From contig NC_009776.1 in assembly GCF_000017945.1 (NCBI RefSeq), forward strand, positions 120,001-152,000: 32,000 nucleotides of DNA. The letters run 5' to 3'. Every line of letters starts with the position of its first letter. The first letter of the stretch is position 1. The DNA is from Ignicoccus hospitalis KIN4/I (lineage in GTDB: Archaea > Thermoproteota > Thermoprotei_A > Sulfolobales > Ignicoccaceae). The notes under the pieces are model-generated. The model was given only the letters and a program-made list of their open reading frames with translations, searched no databases and was not told where the DNA came from. This document shows positions 1 through 8,070 of the stretch, piece after piece. The position numbers were made by a program, and so were the translations under genes.

Positions 1-410
1 GGGACGGGCTTGCCTTCACCGTAGGGCGGGGCGACGTAGTCCCTAACCCTCCCGCCGTAGGTTGCGAGCAAGTTCGCTATCTTGGCGGTGTCCAAGGCAG
101 AGCCCCCGCCAATGGCGATTACCGAGTCGGCCCCGCTCTCTGCTAAAGCCTTGGCGGCCTCCTCGACGCTCTCGGCGGAGGGCTCTGGCTCCACCCCGTC
201 CCAGTAGGGCACGTCCTTTCCTAGTATTTCCCTAAGCCTGTCGACTATACCCCTCTTTACCCACCCCTTGGTGGTTATTAGGAAGGGCTTCTCCACCCTG
301 AGCCTCTCAAGGTCTACCTTGAGCTCGTTTAGCGCCCCCGGCCCGAACTTGCTGCGGGGGGAGCGGAACTCCCAGACGTAGTCGCCGAAGGGGTTGTACA
401 CCGTCGTCAC
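1..410 (-). CDS. Iron-containing alcohol dehydrogenase-like protein (N-terminal part, runs off window edge)
   Basis: My reverse-strand reading VTTVYNPFGDYVWEFRSPRSKFGPGALNEL...GADSVIAIGGGSALDTAKIANLLATYGG contains the Fe-ADH/glycerol dehydrogenase GGGSxxDxAK motif; likely GTG start at 410. Confidence 0.8.
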   Translation of the reverse strand, partial: MTTVYNPFGDYVWEFRSPRSKFGPGALNELKVDLERLRVEKPFLITTKGWVKRGIVDRLREILGKDVPYWDGVEPEPSAESVEEAAKALAESGADSVIAIGGGSALDTAKIANLLATYGGRVRDYVAPPYGEGKPV

Positions 411-479
411 CGCGCCCGGGAGCTCACGACAAGTATTTAGTTTTTAAGGCAGAGAGCGCACTTGAGGCGCCGAAGGCTA

Positions 480-1745
480 ATGATGCGTATAGTTGTGAGG
501 AGTAAGAAGGACGCGGACGCAGTAAGGGCGATGTTGAGCCAAGCCCTCCCCTCGTGGAACGCCGAGGTGGTCACGCTAAAGGGGGCTAGGAAGGAAAAGA
601 TATTGGATGTTATAAATGACGTCGTCGATCCGGACGCGTTCAACATAGTGCTGTTGGGAAGGGAGGATTCGGAAGTGATAAGGGAATTAACAGAGACCAC
701 GCCGCCTAACGTAATAGTACACCTCGTGCCCCGGGCCAGGGTTAGGAACGCGAGGCTCTCCCACCTTAGGTGGGAGCTGGAGAGGGCCAAGGCCCAGCCC
801 AGGGGCTGGGTGCGGTGGTCGGGCGAAGTGCCTTACTTGGAGAAGAAGTTCCCCGCGAGGGTCGAGCCGGGCGAGGAACCGTTCCTCGCCTGGGGCCTCT
901 GGTGGAAGACCTTGGGCCTCGGAGAACCATCCGAAAAATCGTTCTTAGTCTTTAAGAGGCAGAAGGGCTTCCACGAGGTCTATTCAGAAGGTAGAACTGT
1001 AGCCATGTTTGAAATGAATGATTTTGCGTACCCTAAGGTTACTAAGCTGGGAGAGGTTAAAGGCTTCGACATAATGAAGTCCGTCGAGATGAGCGAAGGC
1101 GTGTTGGAGGTTTGGGAAAAGGTCTCTTCCAAGGTATTAGAAGGCTGCGAGAGGGCGGTCGTCCCTTGGAGCGGCGGGAAGGACAGTACTGCAGCTCTGT
1201 TGATAGCGAAGAGGGCTTGCGACGAGGTCACTGCGGTCTACGTTGACACGGGCGTCGATATGTACTTAAATAGGAAGTACGTGGAACTCTGGTCCCAGAA
1301 GCTGAATGTAGACTTGATAATTAAAGAAGTTCCCGTGAAGAGTCAGATATTCCAAAGAGGGTTGCCCACCAAAGAGGACAGGTGGTGTACAGCCCTCAAG
1401 TTGAAGGGGTTAGAGGAGGCGATAAGGGAAGTGAAGCCCGACTACATAGTCGTGGGCGACCGGGACGCGGAGTCCCAAGCGCGCTCGGCCAGGTGGGAGG
1501 AGAGGGCTTGGGAGGGCGTGGGCACGGTTAAGGCCCCCTTAAAGCTCTGGAGCGCTATGATGGTCCAGCTTTACCTATTCAAGAATAAGGTCTTTCCCAA
1601 CCCGCTCTACGCCTCCGGCTTCTACCGGTTGGGCTGTTACGTATGCCCCTTCTTCCGGGCCTACGAGAGGGAGCTCGTGAGGAGGGTCCCTCCGGCCAAG
1701 CTGGGCACCGACGAGGAGTTGCTGAAGAAGTTCTTAGAAGGCTGA
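480..1745 (+). CDS. PP-loop ATPase / PAPS reductase-family protein
   Basis: PP-loop VVPWSGGKDSTAALL, VYVDTGVD, and C-terminal Cys motifs EDRWCTALKLKG and RLGCYVCPFF. ORF track opens at 462, but ATG 480/483 fits better downstream of the AT-rich element near 436-450. Confidence 0.82.
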   Translation: MMRIVVRSKKDADAVRAMLSQALPSWNAEVVTLKGARKEKILDVINDVVDPDAFNIVLLGREDSEVIRELTETTPPNVIVHLVPRARVRNARLSHLRWELERAKAQPRGWVRWSGEVPYLEKKFPARVEPGEEPFLAWGLWWKTLGLGEPSEKSFLVFKRQKGFHEVYSEGRTVAMFEMNDFAYPKVTKLGEVKGFDIMKSVEMSEGVLEVWEKVSSKVLEGCERAVVPWSGGKDSTAALLIAKRACDEVTAVYVDTGVDMYLNRKYVELWSQKLNVDLIIKEVPVKSQIFQRGLPTKEDRWCTALKLKGLEEAIREVKPDYIVVGDRDAESQARSARWEERAWEGVGTVKAPLKLWSAMMVQLYLFKNKVFPNPLYASGFYRLGCYVCPFFRAYERELVRRVPPAKLGTDEELLKKFLEG

Positions 1746-1775
1746 GGGCTCGAACGTCAGCTTAGGTAAGGCGTT

Positions 1776-2573
1776 ATGATGTGCCGGTCAAAAGAGAACT
1801 TCTTTTTAGAATTTGAAAGGTTAATGGTCGAGAGCGCTAAGGACGAGGTAACTGCGGATTCTACAGTGGTAATGGGGATACTCGCCGAGGCCTCGAGGAA
1901 CTTGCTCGCCACCCCTTGCACCCCTAGGACTTCCGGCTTTTGGAGCAAGCTGACGGAGTTCGTCAAGAAGGCCAGAGAAACCAACGACTATTACCTCAAG
2001 AAGGTTTACGCGGAAAAGATCAGGGACGGCGTCCTAGCCTTGGTGAGCTCGGAAAAGGAGTGGAACGCCAAGGGGAACGCAGTGTTGCTGTTATCCGCAG
2101 TCATAAGCGTGCTCGCCAAGCCGTTAACTCCCATTAGCTACGTCCCTTGGGCTAGCTTACTCGTGTACCAGCTCTCGCCCGTCGCCGCCCTCCTCTTGCT
2201 CGCGTCCTCCGGTCTGGCGGCGTTGGCTTTGAAGCCTACCTTGGGATTGTTGTTCTTGATATCTGCTGTTGGGGGATACCTCGAGAGGAAGGTAGAACTA
2301 GACTTGAGCGTCCCGAAGGTCGCGAGGAGGGTCTCTCGAGAGGAGGTGGAGCGCTTGTTCGTCCAGTACTACGGCGAGAGGCTGGGACGCGAGCTCTTCC
2401 GCTTCGAGCTGTACCAGCTGATACTTTCTGGAAGGACCGTGGAGGAGGCCCTTTCCGAGCTCTGGGAGAGGCTCACCAACACACAAATATCCTCAAGGGG
2501 TTACGGAAGGTTAGGAGGAGAGCGTGTCAGCGCCGGGAGGAGGGAAGACCAAGGAGCTGAAAATAATAACTAG
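1776..2573 (+). CDS. Hypothetical protein with two or more predicted transmembrane helices
   Basis: Long ORF with hydrophobic stretches (VLLLSAVISVLAKPL; LLVYQLSPVAALLLLASSGLAALAL; GLLFLISAVGGYL); 3' end overlaps the next gene by 50 bp. The start could be internal (ATG 1824). Confidence 0.7.
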   Translation: MMCRSKENFFLEFERLMVESAKDEVTADSTVVMGILAEASRNLLATPCTPRTSGFWSKLTEFVKKARETNDYYLKKVYAEKIRDGVLALVSSEKEWNAKGNAVLLLSAVISVLAKPLTPISYVPWASLLVYQLSPVAALLLLASSGLAALALKPTLGLLFLISAVGGYLERKVELDLSVPKVARRVSREEVERLFVQYYGERLGRELFRFELYQLILSGRTVEEALSELWERLTNTQISSRGYGRLGGERVSAGRREDQGAENNN

Positions 2574-2970
2574 GCAAGTACTCACCGTAGATGACGTTAA
2601 GAAAAACAAGAACATGAAGATAATATTACACATAGTTAAACACTTGGGCGAAGTCTCGGAGAAGGGGCTAACGAGGCTCCTCTACGAGATGAAGGAGAAG
2701 GGCCTTGACTTGGGTTACCAGTTCGTAAAGATAGGAAAAGTCATAGGGAGCAAGGACCTTCACCAAGACATAATGGACTTGCTCTACGTAGGCCTCCTCG
2801 AGAGGAACCCGGCCAAGAACAAGCTGAGGCTCACCCGCGACGGCGAGGAGTTCTTGGAGAAGAACGGGCTTCCCGAAGAAGAGATCAAGCCTATACTGTC
2901 GCTGGTGGACCAGCTGAAGCCCGTGATAGAGCCAATAGAGGCCGAAGTTGAGATGAGGAGGAGGCCGTAA
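2524..2970 (+). CDS. Winged-helix-like (putative DNA-binding) protein
   Basis: Pattern IILHIVKHLGEVSEKGLTRLLYEMKEKG...LHQDIMDLLYVGLLERNPAKNKLRLTRDGEEFLEKNG resembles an archaeal wHTH; GTG start inside the upstream ORF. Confidence 0.65.
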   Translation: MSAPGGGKTKELKIITRQVLTVDDVKKNKNMKIILHIVKHLGEVSEKGLTRLLYEMKEKGLDLGYQFVKIGKVIGSKDLHQDIMDLLYVGLLERNPAKNKLRLTRDGEEFLEKNGLPEEEIKPILSLVDQLKPVIEPIEAEVEMRRRP

Positions 2971-2972
2971 GG

Positions 2973-3701
2973 TTGAGCGCCCAGCCCGGCGAAATCCACA
3001 TAACGATATTGATGAAGCCCGAGCTCTCCGAGTACCACGTCACTGCGAACTACGGCGACACCCCGGACGAGGTCAGGAACAAGCTGGCGGAGAAGTTGGG
3101 CATAAGCCCCTCGAGGATAAGGCTTTTCATAAAGAGGCCGGACGGGGCGGAGTACGAGATAACCCACTCCTCCGAGAGCGTGGGCCAAATAGTGAGCGTC
3201 CACGGGAACGTGTGGTACGCTTCGATAGAGGAGCCTTACGGCTCCTTGATAGATGCCATCGAGGCCTTCAGAGAACACTACTTGAGTTCGGGAGAGCTAC
3301 AAAAGAAGTACTCCCCATTGGCCAACGACCCGGGCTTGGGGATCTGGACGGAAAAGTCTTGCAAGAGGAAGGAGTATTGCAGCCCCTCCCGCCCCTACAG
3401 AGTCTTCGTTTTTCCCAGCGTAGGCTACCCCGTCACTCAACCCTTGATATTCGTCTCCCCTAAGGTCCTCCACAAGTGTTGTTTTTACAACTTGAAGTCG
3501 CAGTTCTTCGATATAAAGGCCAAGGAGCTTCCGGAGCTCGCGCCCGCCTTCGAGGAGGCCTCCAAGTTGGTAAACGTTAACATGTGTGTTATGCACATAG
3601 AATCTTGGGATTACTTAAGAAAGGTCGAGAGGAACCCCCTAGAGGTGCTGGACCGTGCCCTATGCACGGACGTTGGACTCTGCGACGGTACCGGTGCATA
3701 A
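2973..3701 (+). CDS. Protein with N-terminal ubiquitin-like beta-grasp domain and putative E2-like C-terminal region
   Basis: N-terminus IHITILMKPELSEYHVTANYGDTPDEVRNKLAEKLGISPSRIRLFIKRPDGAEYEITHSSESVGQI has beta-grasp layout. C-terminal region has YRVFVFPSVGYPVTQPLIFVSPKVLH and NMCVMHIESWDYLRKVERNPLEVLDRAL, reminiscent of UBC P-x-YP...P, H and catalytic C...W elements. Confidence 0.6.
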   Translation: MSAQPGEIHITILMKPELSEYHVTANYGDTPDEVRNKLAEKLGISPSRIRLFIKRPDGAEYEITHSSESVGQIVSVHGNVWYASIEEPYGSLIDAIEAFREHYLSSGELQKKYSPLANDPGLGIWTEKSCKRKEYCSPSRPYRVFVFPSVGYPVTQPLIFVSPKVLHKCCFYNLKSQFFDIKAKELPELAPAFEEASKLVNVNMCVMHIESWDYLRKVERNPLEVLDRALCTDVGLCDGTGA

Positions 3702-4473
3702 CGCCGTAATAGACCCGGCAGTCTTCGTGCCCTTGGCCGAGGTAGGCATTAAGAACAAGTGCTATGAGCTTACCGTCGACGCCTCCGAAGACGTGGTGTC
3801 GTTCAGCGGGAGCTTGGACGACACGACCATAACTATTAACAGCGTCAGATACATGAAGGCCGTGGAAAAGGGGCCGACGCACGTAAGGACGTACGACTTC
3901 TTGCCGGACGACGTGGTGGTTGCCCACTACCACTGCGGCATCCCTCCTGAGCCCTCCGCAATCGACGTAGAAACCATGAAACTCGCCTTGAGGGCTCAAC
4001 TAATGGCTACGCTGCCGGGGAGGCCGAGGGTCTTCGGCATAATCTCCCCTACGGTGGCGGGGTCCTCCTTCTGCTTGTCATTAAGCCTCTACGAGCCTGT
4101 GCCCAAGGCTACTATAGCTTTCAAGACGGAGCGCTTGAGGCTGGGCGACTTAGACTTCCTCGAGGGCATTAGGAAGGGCTTCGTCCGCTTGGAGGAGGGG
4201 GACTCCGAGTATTATTTAACCGACCTTTGTGAGGGGCTCGAGCGCGGCTGCTACCCTTTTCGCTACGGAAGCGTGCCGGAAATAGTATTGGAGGACTTCA
4301 TATTCATCCTTTCATATAGTATAAATACCAAGAAGAAGAAATTTCCTTACGCAAAGGTGTCGCCCTCTAAGGCGGTAGTATACGAGGTGGAAGTGGCTAA
4401 TTTTGACGCGAAGGACGCGGTCATACGGGGACTCGTTTGGCGGCTCCGAGGGGCTTCTACGAGAGGACGTTGA
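3694..4473 (+). CDS. JAMM/MPN (JAB) domain metallopeptidase-like protein
   Basis: AHYHCGIPPEPSAID matches H-x-H-x7-S-x2-D exactly (codons 3925-3966), with an upstream acidic candidate in PLAEVG. GTG start at 3694 overlaps the preceding stop; track start is 3655. Confidence 0.75.
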   Translation: MHNAVIDPAVFVPLAEVGIKNKCYELTVDASEDVVSFSGSLDDTTITINSVRYMKAVEKGPTHVRTYDFLPDDVVVAHYHCGIPPEPSAIDVETMKLALRAQLMATLPGRPRVFGIISPTVAGSSFCLSLSLYEPVPKATIAFKTERLRLGDLDFLEGIRKGFVRLEEGDSEYYLTDLCEGLERGCYPFRYGSVPEIVLEDFIFILSYSINTKKKKFPYAKVSPSKAVVYEVEVANFDAKDAVIRGLVWRLRGASTRGR

Positions 4474-5228
4474 GGTACTTGCGGGAGGTCGCCGACCCCG
4501 AGGCGCTGAAGGACAAGGTCGTCCTAGTGGGGGGCGTCGGCACCATAGGTTCCAGGCTCGTCAGGAACTTAGCTAGGTTCAACTTCAAAAAGATTATCAT
4601 TATCGACATAGACTACGTCGGCCCGGAGAACGTGGGTTACCAGTGCTATCACACGGAAGAGATAGGGGCGCCTAAGGTCGAAGCTCTTAGCAAGAGGTTC
4701 CGGAGGTACCACCCTTGGACGGAGGTTCAAGGAGTATACTTGGAGGTCTTCACTCCCTCCGGTTTGAGCTCCCTTAGCGAGCTGAAGAAGTTTGCGGAGC
4801 TAGTGAGGGAGAGCGACGTCGTGGTGACGGCTTTCGACACCTTGCCCCCTCGGGCTACCGCACTGTTGTTGGCAGTTAAGTACGGAAAGAAGTACGTTGA
4901 CGTAGGCCTCGGGAGCACCAGGGGGTACGTGAAGTTCTTGAAAGACGGTTACTGCCCGATATGCTCGAAGGTTTGGGAAGAGAAGGTTACTTACTACACC
5001 AACCCCAACTTGGCCGAGGTGGTGGCGGCGTTGGGGGCACAAGCGGCCTTGCGGGCGGCTTTAGGTATGGACTGGCCGAGCGAGGTACACGTCAACCTAG
5101 AAGAGCCCTTGAAAGCTTACATGGCCAGTGACGTCAAGAACGACGGGTGCCCGCTCTGTTCAGAAGAGGTAAGGGCGTTAGCCATAGAAGAGGTTCCTAA
5201 CTACCTAATAAAAAACGTGTATCAATGA
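4437..5228 (+). CDS. E1-like / ThiF-MoeB-HesA family adenylyltransferase
   Basis: KVVLVGGVGTIGSRLVRNLARF...IIIIDIDYVGPENVGYQCYHTEEIGAPKVEAL...VTAFDTLPPRATAL; two CxxC pairs (CPIC, CPLC) as in Zn-binding MoeB/ThiF proteins. TTG start overlaps the JAMM gene. Confidence 0.9.
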   Translation: MAAPRGFYERTLRYLREVADPEALKDKVVLVGGVGTIGSRLVRNLARFNFKKIIIIDIDYVGPENVGYQCYHTEEIGAPKVEALSKRFRRYHPWTEVQGVYLEVFTPSGLSSLSELKKFAELVRESDVVVTAFDTLPPRATALLLAVKYGKKYVDVGLGSTRGYVKFLKDGYCPICSKVWEEKVTYYTNPNLAEVVAALGAQAALRAALGMDWPSEVHVNLEEPLKAYMASDVKNDGCPLCSEEVRALAIEEVPNYLIKNVYQ

Positions 5229-5233
5229 CTGCT

Positions 5234-6523
5234 TCACCTAGGAGTTAGGTTCGTGTAGAGCTTCAGCCCTTCGGCCGGGCTCCAGAAGCCCACGTCCTCG
5301 AATACGGGCTTGCCGTCCACCATCTTCACTGTCCAGATGCTGTAACTAGTGCTCAAGGGCTCTTGGTATATCGCGTTCATGCTCTTGTCGCCGCTGAAGC
5401 CCTTGTATATGTAGCTCATCTCTATTATGCCGTGCTCCACCAAGTTCGGGTTGTAGCTGGCTGCCCTGAGGGCGCCCAGCGTCACCAGCCACACTGCGTC
5501 GTACAGGGTGTCGCTGAACACGACCGGAGCCTTGCCGTAGACGCTCTCATAGTACTTGATGAAGTTGCCAGAGGTGTAGGGGGCGGTGCCGAGTACGTGC
5601 TTGGCAGCGAGTACCCTAGCGACCACCGGGTCCTCTATGAGCGCTGGGCCCTTTACGGCCTCAGTGAAGAACCACGGGTACCTCTGTAAGCCTAATTGCA
5701 AGGCTTGCCTTAGTATTACCTTTATCTCGTCGAAGGCGAGCCACACTATCGCTTGCGGCTTGTAGTTGTTTATGGTCCTAAGCTCGGCAAGGTAGCTCCT
5801 CGCGTTGGGGTCGTAAGGTATCAGGTAGGCCTTCCCTCCTTCGGCCTCAAAGGCCTGCTTGAAGGCCATGGCGAAGCCTTTGCCGTAGTCGTCGTTCCTG
5901 TAGAAGAACACTACCTTATTGTAGCCGAAGCTCTTAACGACCTTAGCTAGAGCCTTCGCTTGGAACAAGTCGCTGCTAACGCTGAAGAAGACGTAGCTGT
6001 AGCCCAGCTTCGCTATGTAGTCACGGTTGTTGAACCTCACTAGCGGGGAGGTGCTGGAGTGGCTCATCAGTATTACCTTGAGCTCGCCGTTGATGACGTC
6101 TTGGAGGGTACCGACGGCCGCGCTGGTGGCGGGGCCTACGACCAAACGGACGCCGTCGACGTTGACCAGCTTCCTAACCTTCTCTAAAGCCACTTGCGGG
6201 TTAGTCTGGGTGTCCTCCACTACCCACGTCACCTTGAACGGCAGCCCCAATTCCTTGAAACAGTAGTTCAAGTCCCTCGCGGCCAGCTCTACGGCGTAGC
6301 GCTCGTCGGCGAAGCTGGCGAGGGCACCGCTCATGGGTATTAGGGCACCTATCTTTATGGTGGTACCTCCTAAGCCTTCCTTCACCTTCTCTAAACCGCC
6401 GGCTCTCTCAACAGCTATCTTGAGGTAGTCGCACTTGGGCCCGCCGTAAGCTTCTTGAGGCGCGACAGCGAGGACTGCGGACGTCATTACGGCTAGTAAG
6501 AGCAGAGGAAGAAACTTCTTCAT
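5234..6523 (-). CDS. Branched-chain amino-acid-type ABC transporter substrate-binding protein (LivK-like), paralog 1
   Basis: Signal peptide MKKFLPLLLLAVMTSAVLA; type I PBP signature IKIGALIPMSGALASFADERYAVELAARDLN; VVEDTQTNPQVALEKVRKLV. Confidence 0.87.
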   Translation of the reverse strand: MKKFLPLLLLAVMTSAVLAVAPQEAYGGPKCDYLKIAVERAGGLEKVKEGLGGTTIKIGALIPMSGALASFADERYAVELAARDLNYCFKELGLPFKVTWVVEDTQTNPQVALEKVRKLVNVDGVRLVVGPATSAAVGTLQDVINGELKVILMSHSSTSPLVRFNNRDYIAKLGYSYVFFSVSSDLFQAKALAKVVKSFGYNKVVFFYRNDDYGKGFAMAFKQAFEAEGGKAYLIPYDPNARSYLAELRTINNYKPQAIVWLAFDEIKVILRQALQLGLQRYPWFFTEAVKGPALIEDPVVARVLAAKHVLGTAPYTSGNFIKYYESVYGKAPVVFSDTLYDAVWLVTLGALRAASYNPNLVEHGIIEMSYIYKGFSGDKSMNAIYQEPLSTSYSIWTVKMVDGKPVFEDVGFWSPAEGLKLYTNLTPR

Positions 6524-6574
6524 GGCACAGTCTCCAAAGCCTTGGGAGTAAACCTCGGTTTAAAAATTTTAATT

Positions 6575-7870
6575 TTACTTGGGCCTGATCGGCGTAAAGA
6601 GTTCTATTCCTTTCTCGGGGTCCCAGAACCCTACTTTGACCACGGTCGGCTTGCCGTTCTCTATCTTGATAGTCCAGTAGTGGTATGAGGACCTCATAAC
6701 TTCTTGAGTCAGCGGGTTGAAGGTCTTGGGTCCGGTATAGCCCTTGAAGTACGCTCCGACCTCGATCAGCGCCTCCCTTATGGCGTCGGCGTCGTACTTC
6801 TTCGCCTTCAATACGCTGAGGGCAGACAGCCACAAGGTGTCATATATGTAGTCCGCGTACAACATTGGAGGTATGCCGAACCTCTTTTCGTACAGCTTTG
6901 CGAAGACGTCGCTGCCGCCGGGCCCGGTGCCCATGCCGTTCTTGAGGGCCACTACTTTGGCTAGGTACGGGTCGTTCAGGAGCACGCCCCTACAAGTCTC
7001 GCTGAACAACCACGGGTACCTCTGCAAACCTAGTTGCATCGCTTGCCTCAATATAACCTTCAGCTCGTCGAATGAGATGAAGAGTATCGCGTCGGGGTTG
7101 CTGTTGGCAACTACTCTCAGCTCCGCGTCGAAGGTCCTCGCGTTAGGGTCGTAGGGGACCAGTACGCATTCGCCGCCGTTTTGAGAGAAGTAATACTTGA
7201 AGGCGTTAGCCAGCCCAACGCCGTAGTCGTCTTGGCGGAACACGATAGTGACCTTCTTGTAGCCGAGCTTGGTGGCCAGTTCGGCTAACGCCTTCCCTTG
7301 GAAGTAGTCGTTGGTGATGGCCCAGAATATGTAGGACTTCCCGGTCTTGGAGATGTACTCCTTGTAGTTGGCGATCCTTAAGTTGGGCGCGGTGCTGGTA
7401 GCGGACATCACCACTACGTGTAGCTCCGAGTTGACCGGATACATCAACGACCCCATAGGTCTGCTCGTGATCCTGCCCGCAATTATTTGTACTCCTTGGA
7501 GAGCGAGCTTCCTAACGACTTCTACAGCGACTTGGGGGTCTGTGCGGGTGTCTTCCATTATGAACTTGAACCTCCACGGAAGGCCGAGCTTCTCCATACA
7601 GCCGTTGATGTCGTCGGAGGCCATCTTAATTGCATTGTAGTTAGAGACGGCGAACGAACCCAAGGCCCCGCTGAGCGGGGCGGGTGCGCCTATCGGTATC
7701 TCCTTCGGGAGGCGTATGTTGTCTACGCCGCCGGCCCATTCTATCACCTTCTTTATGCTCTCGCAGTTGGGCCCCAGTTGGTAGGGCTTGGTCAACAGGT
7801 CCATCTCTTCGGTCGAAGCTGCGATTACAAAGGCCGTCATTAATAGCGTTAACAGTAAACCCGTCCTCAC
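6575..7870 (-). CDS. Branched-chain amino-acid-type ABC transporter substrate-binding protein (LivK-like), paralog 2
   Basis: Signal peptide plus IPIGAPAPLSGALGSFAVSNYNAIKMASDDINGC...FIMEDTRTDPQVAVEVVRKLALQG; clearly homologous to the adjacent gene. Confidence 0.87.
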   Translation of the reverse strand: MRTGLLLTLLMTAFVIAASTEEMDLLTKPYQLGPNCESIKKVIEWAGGVDNIRLPKEIPIGAPAPLSGALGSFAVSNYNAIKMASDDINGCMEKLGLPWRFKFIMEDTRTDPQVAVEVVRKLALQGVQIIAGRITSRPMGSLMYPVNSELHVVVMSATSTAPNLRIANYKEYISKTGKSYIFWAITNDYFQGKALAELATKLGYKKVTIVFRQDDYGVGLANAFKYYFSQNGGECVLVPYDPNARTFDAELRVVANSNPDAILFISFDELKVILRQAMQLGLQRYPWLFSETCRGVLLNDPYLAKVVALKNGMGTGPGGSDVFAKLYEKRFGIPPMLYADYIYDTLWLSALSVLKAKKYDADAIREALIEVGAYFKGYTGPKTFNPLTQEVMRSSYHYWTIKIENGKPTVVKVGFWDPEKGIELFTPIRPK

Positions 7871-8018
7871 TGGTTACACCCTCACCCTTTCGCTGCACAG
7901 ACCGGGTTTTTGAGTATATGCACCCCTAACATACATAGCATTGTACATAACTGTATATGATCAATATATACGACTTCGCAAGCGCTTCGGAGCTGAGGTT
8001 GGCTGGGCGCTCGGCAGC

Positions 8019-8030
8019 TGGTTTATATAT
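8019..8030 (+). promoter_or_regulatory. TATA-like promoter element
   Basis: gtttatatatgg about 45 bp upstream of GTG 8071. Confidence 0.4.
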
Positions 8031-8070
8031 GGCGAGCGGAGTAGTACTACTCCATACCGGGTGCCTTAAG

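Noticed and set aside
2784-3278. 164-aa minus-strand ORF across the wHTH/Ubl genes
   Set aside because: Ser/Leu/Arg-rich antisense translation of the supported sense genes; no independent motif.
3589-3999. 136-aa minus-strand ORF opposite the JAMM gene
   Set aside because: Antisense to the exact JAMM motif in the sense frame; composition not protein-like.
7684-7929. + strand ORF over the LivK paralog 2 N-terminus
   Set aside because: Antisense to a clear signal peptide and PBP domain; Ser/Pro/Arg-rich.
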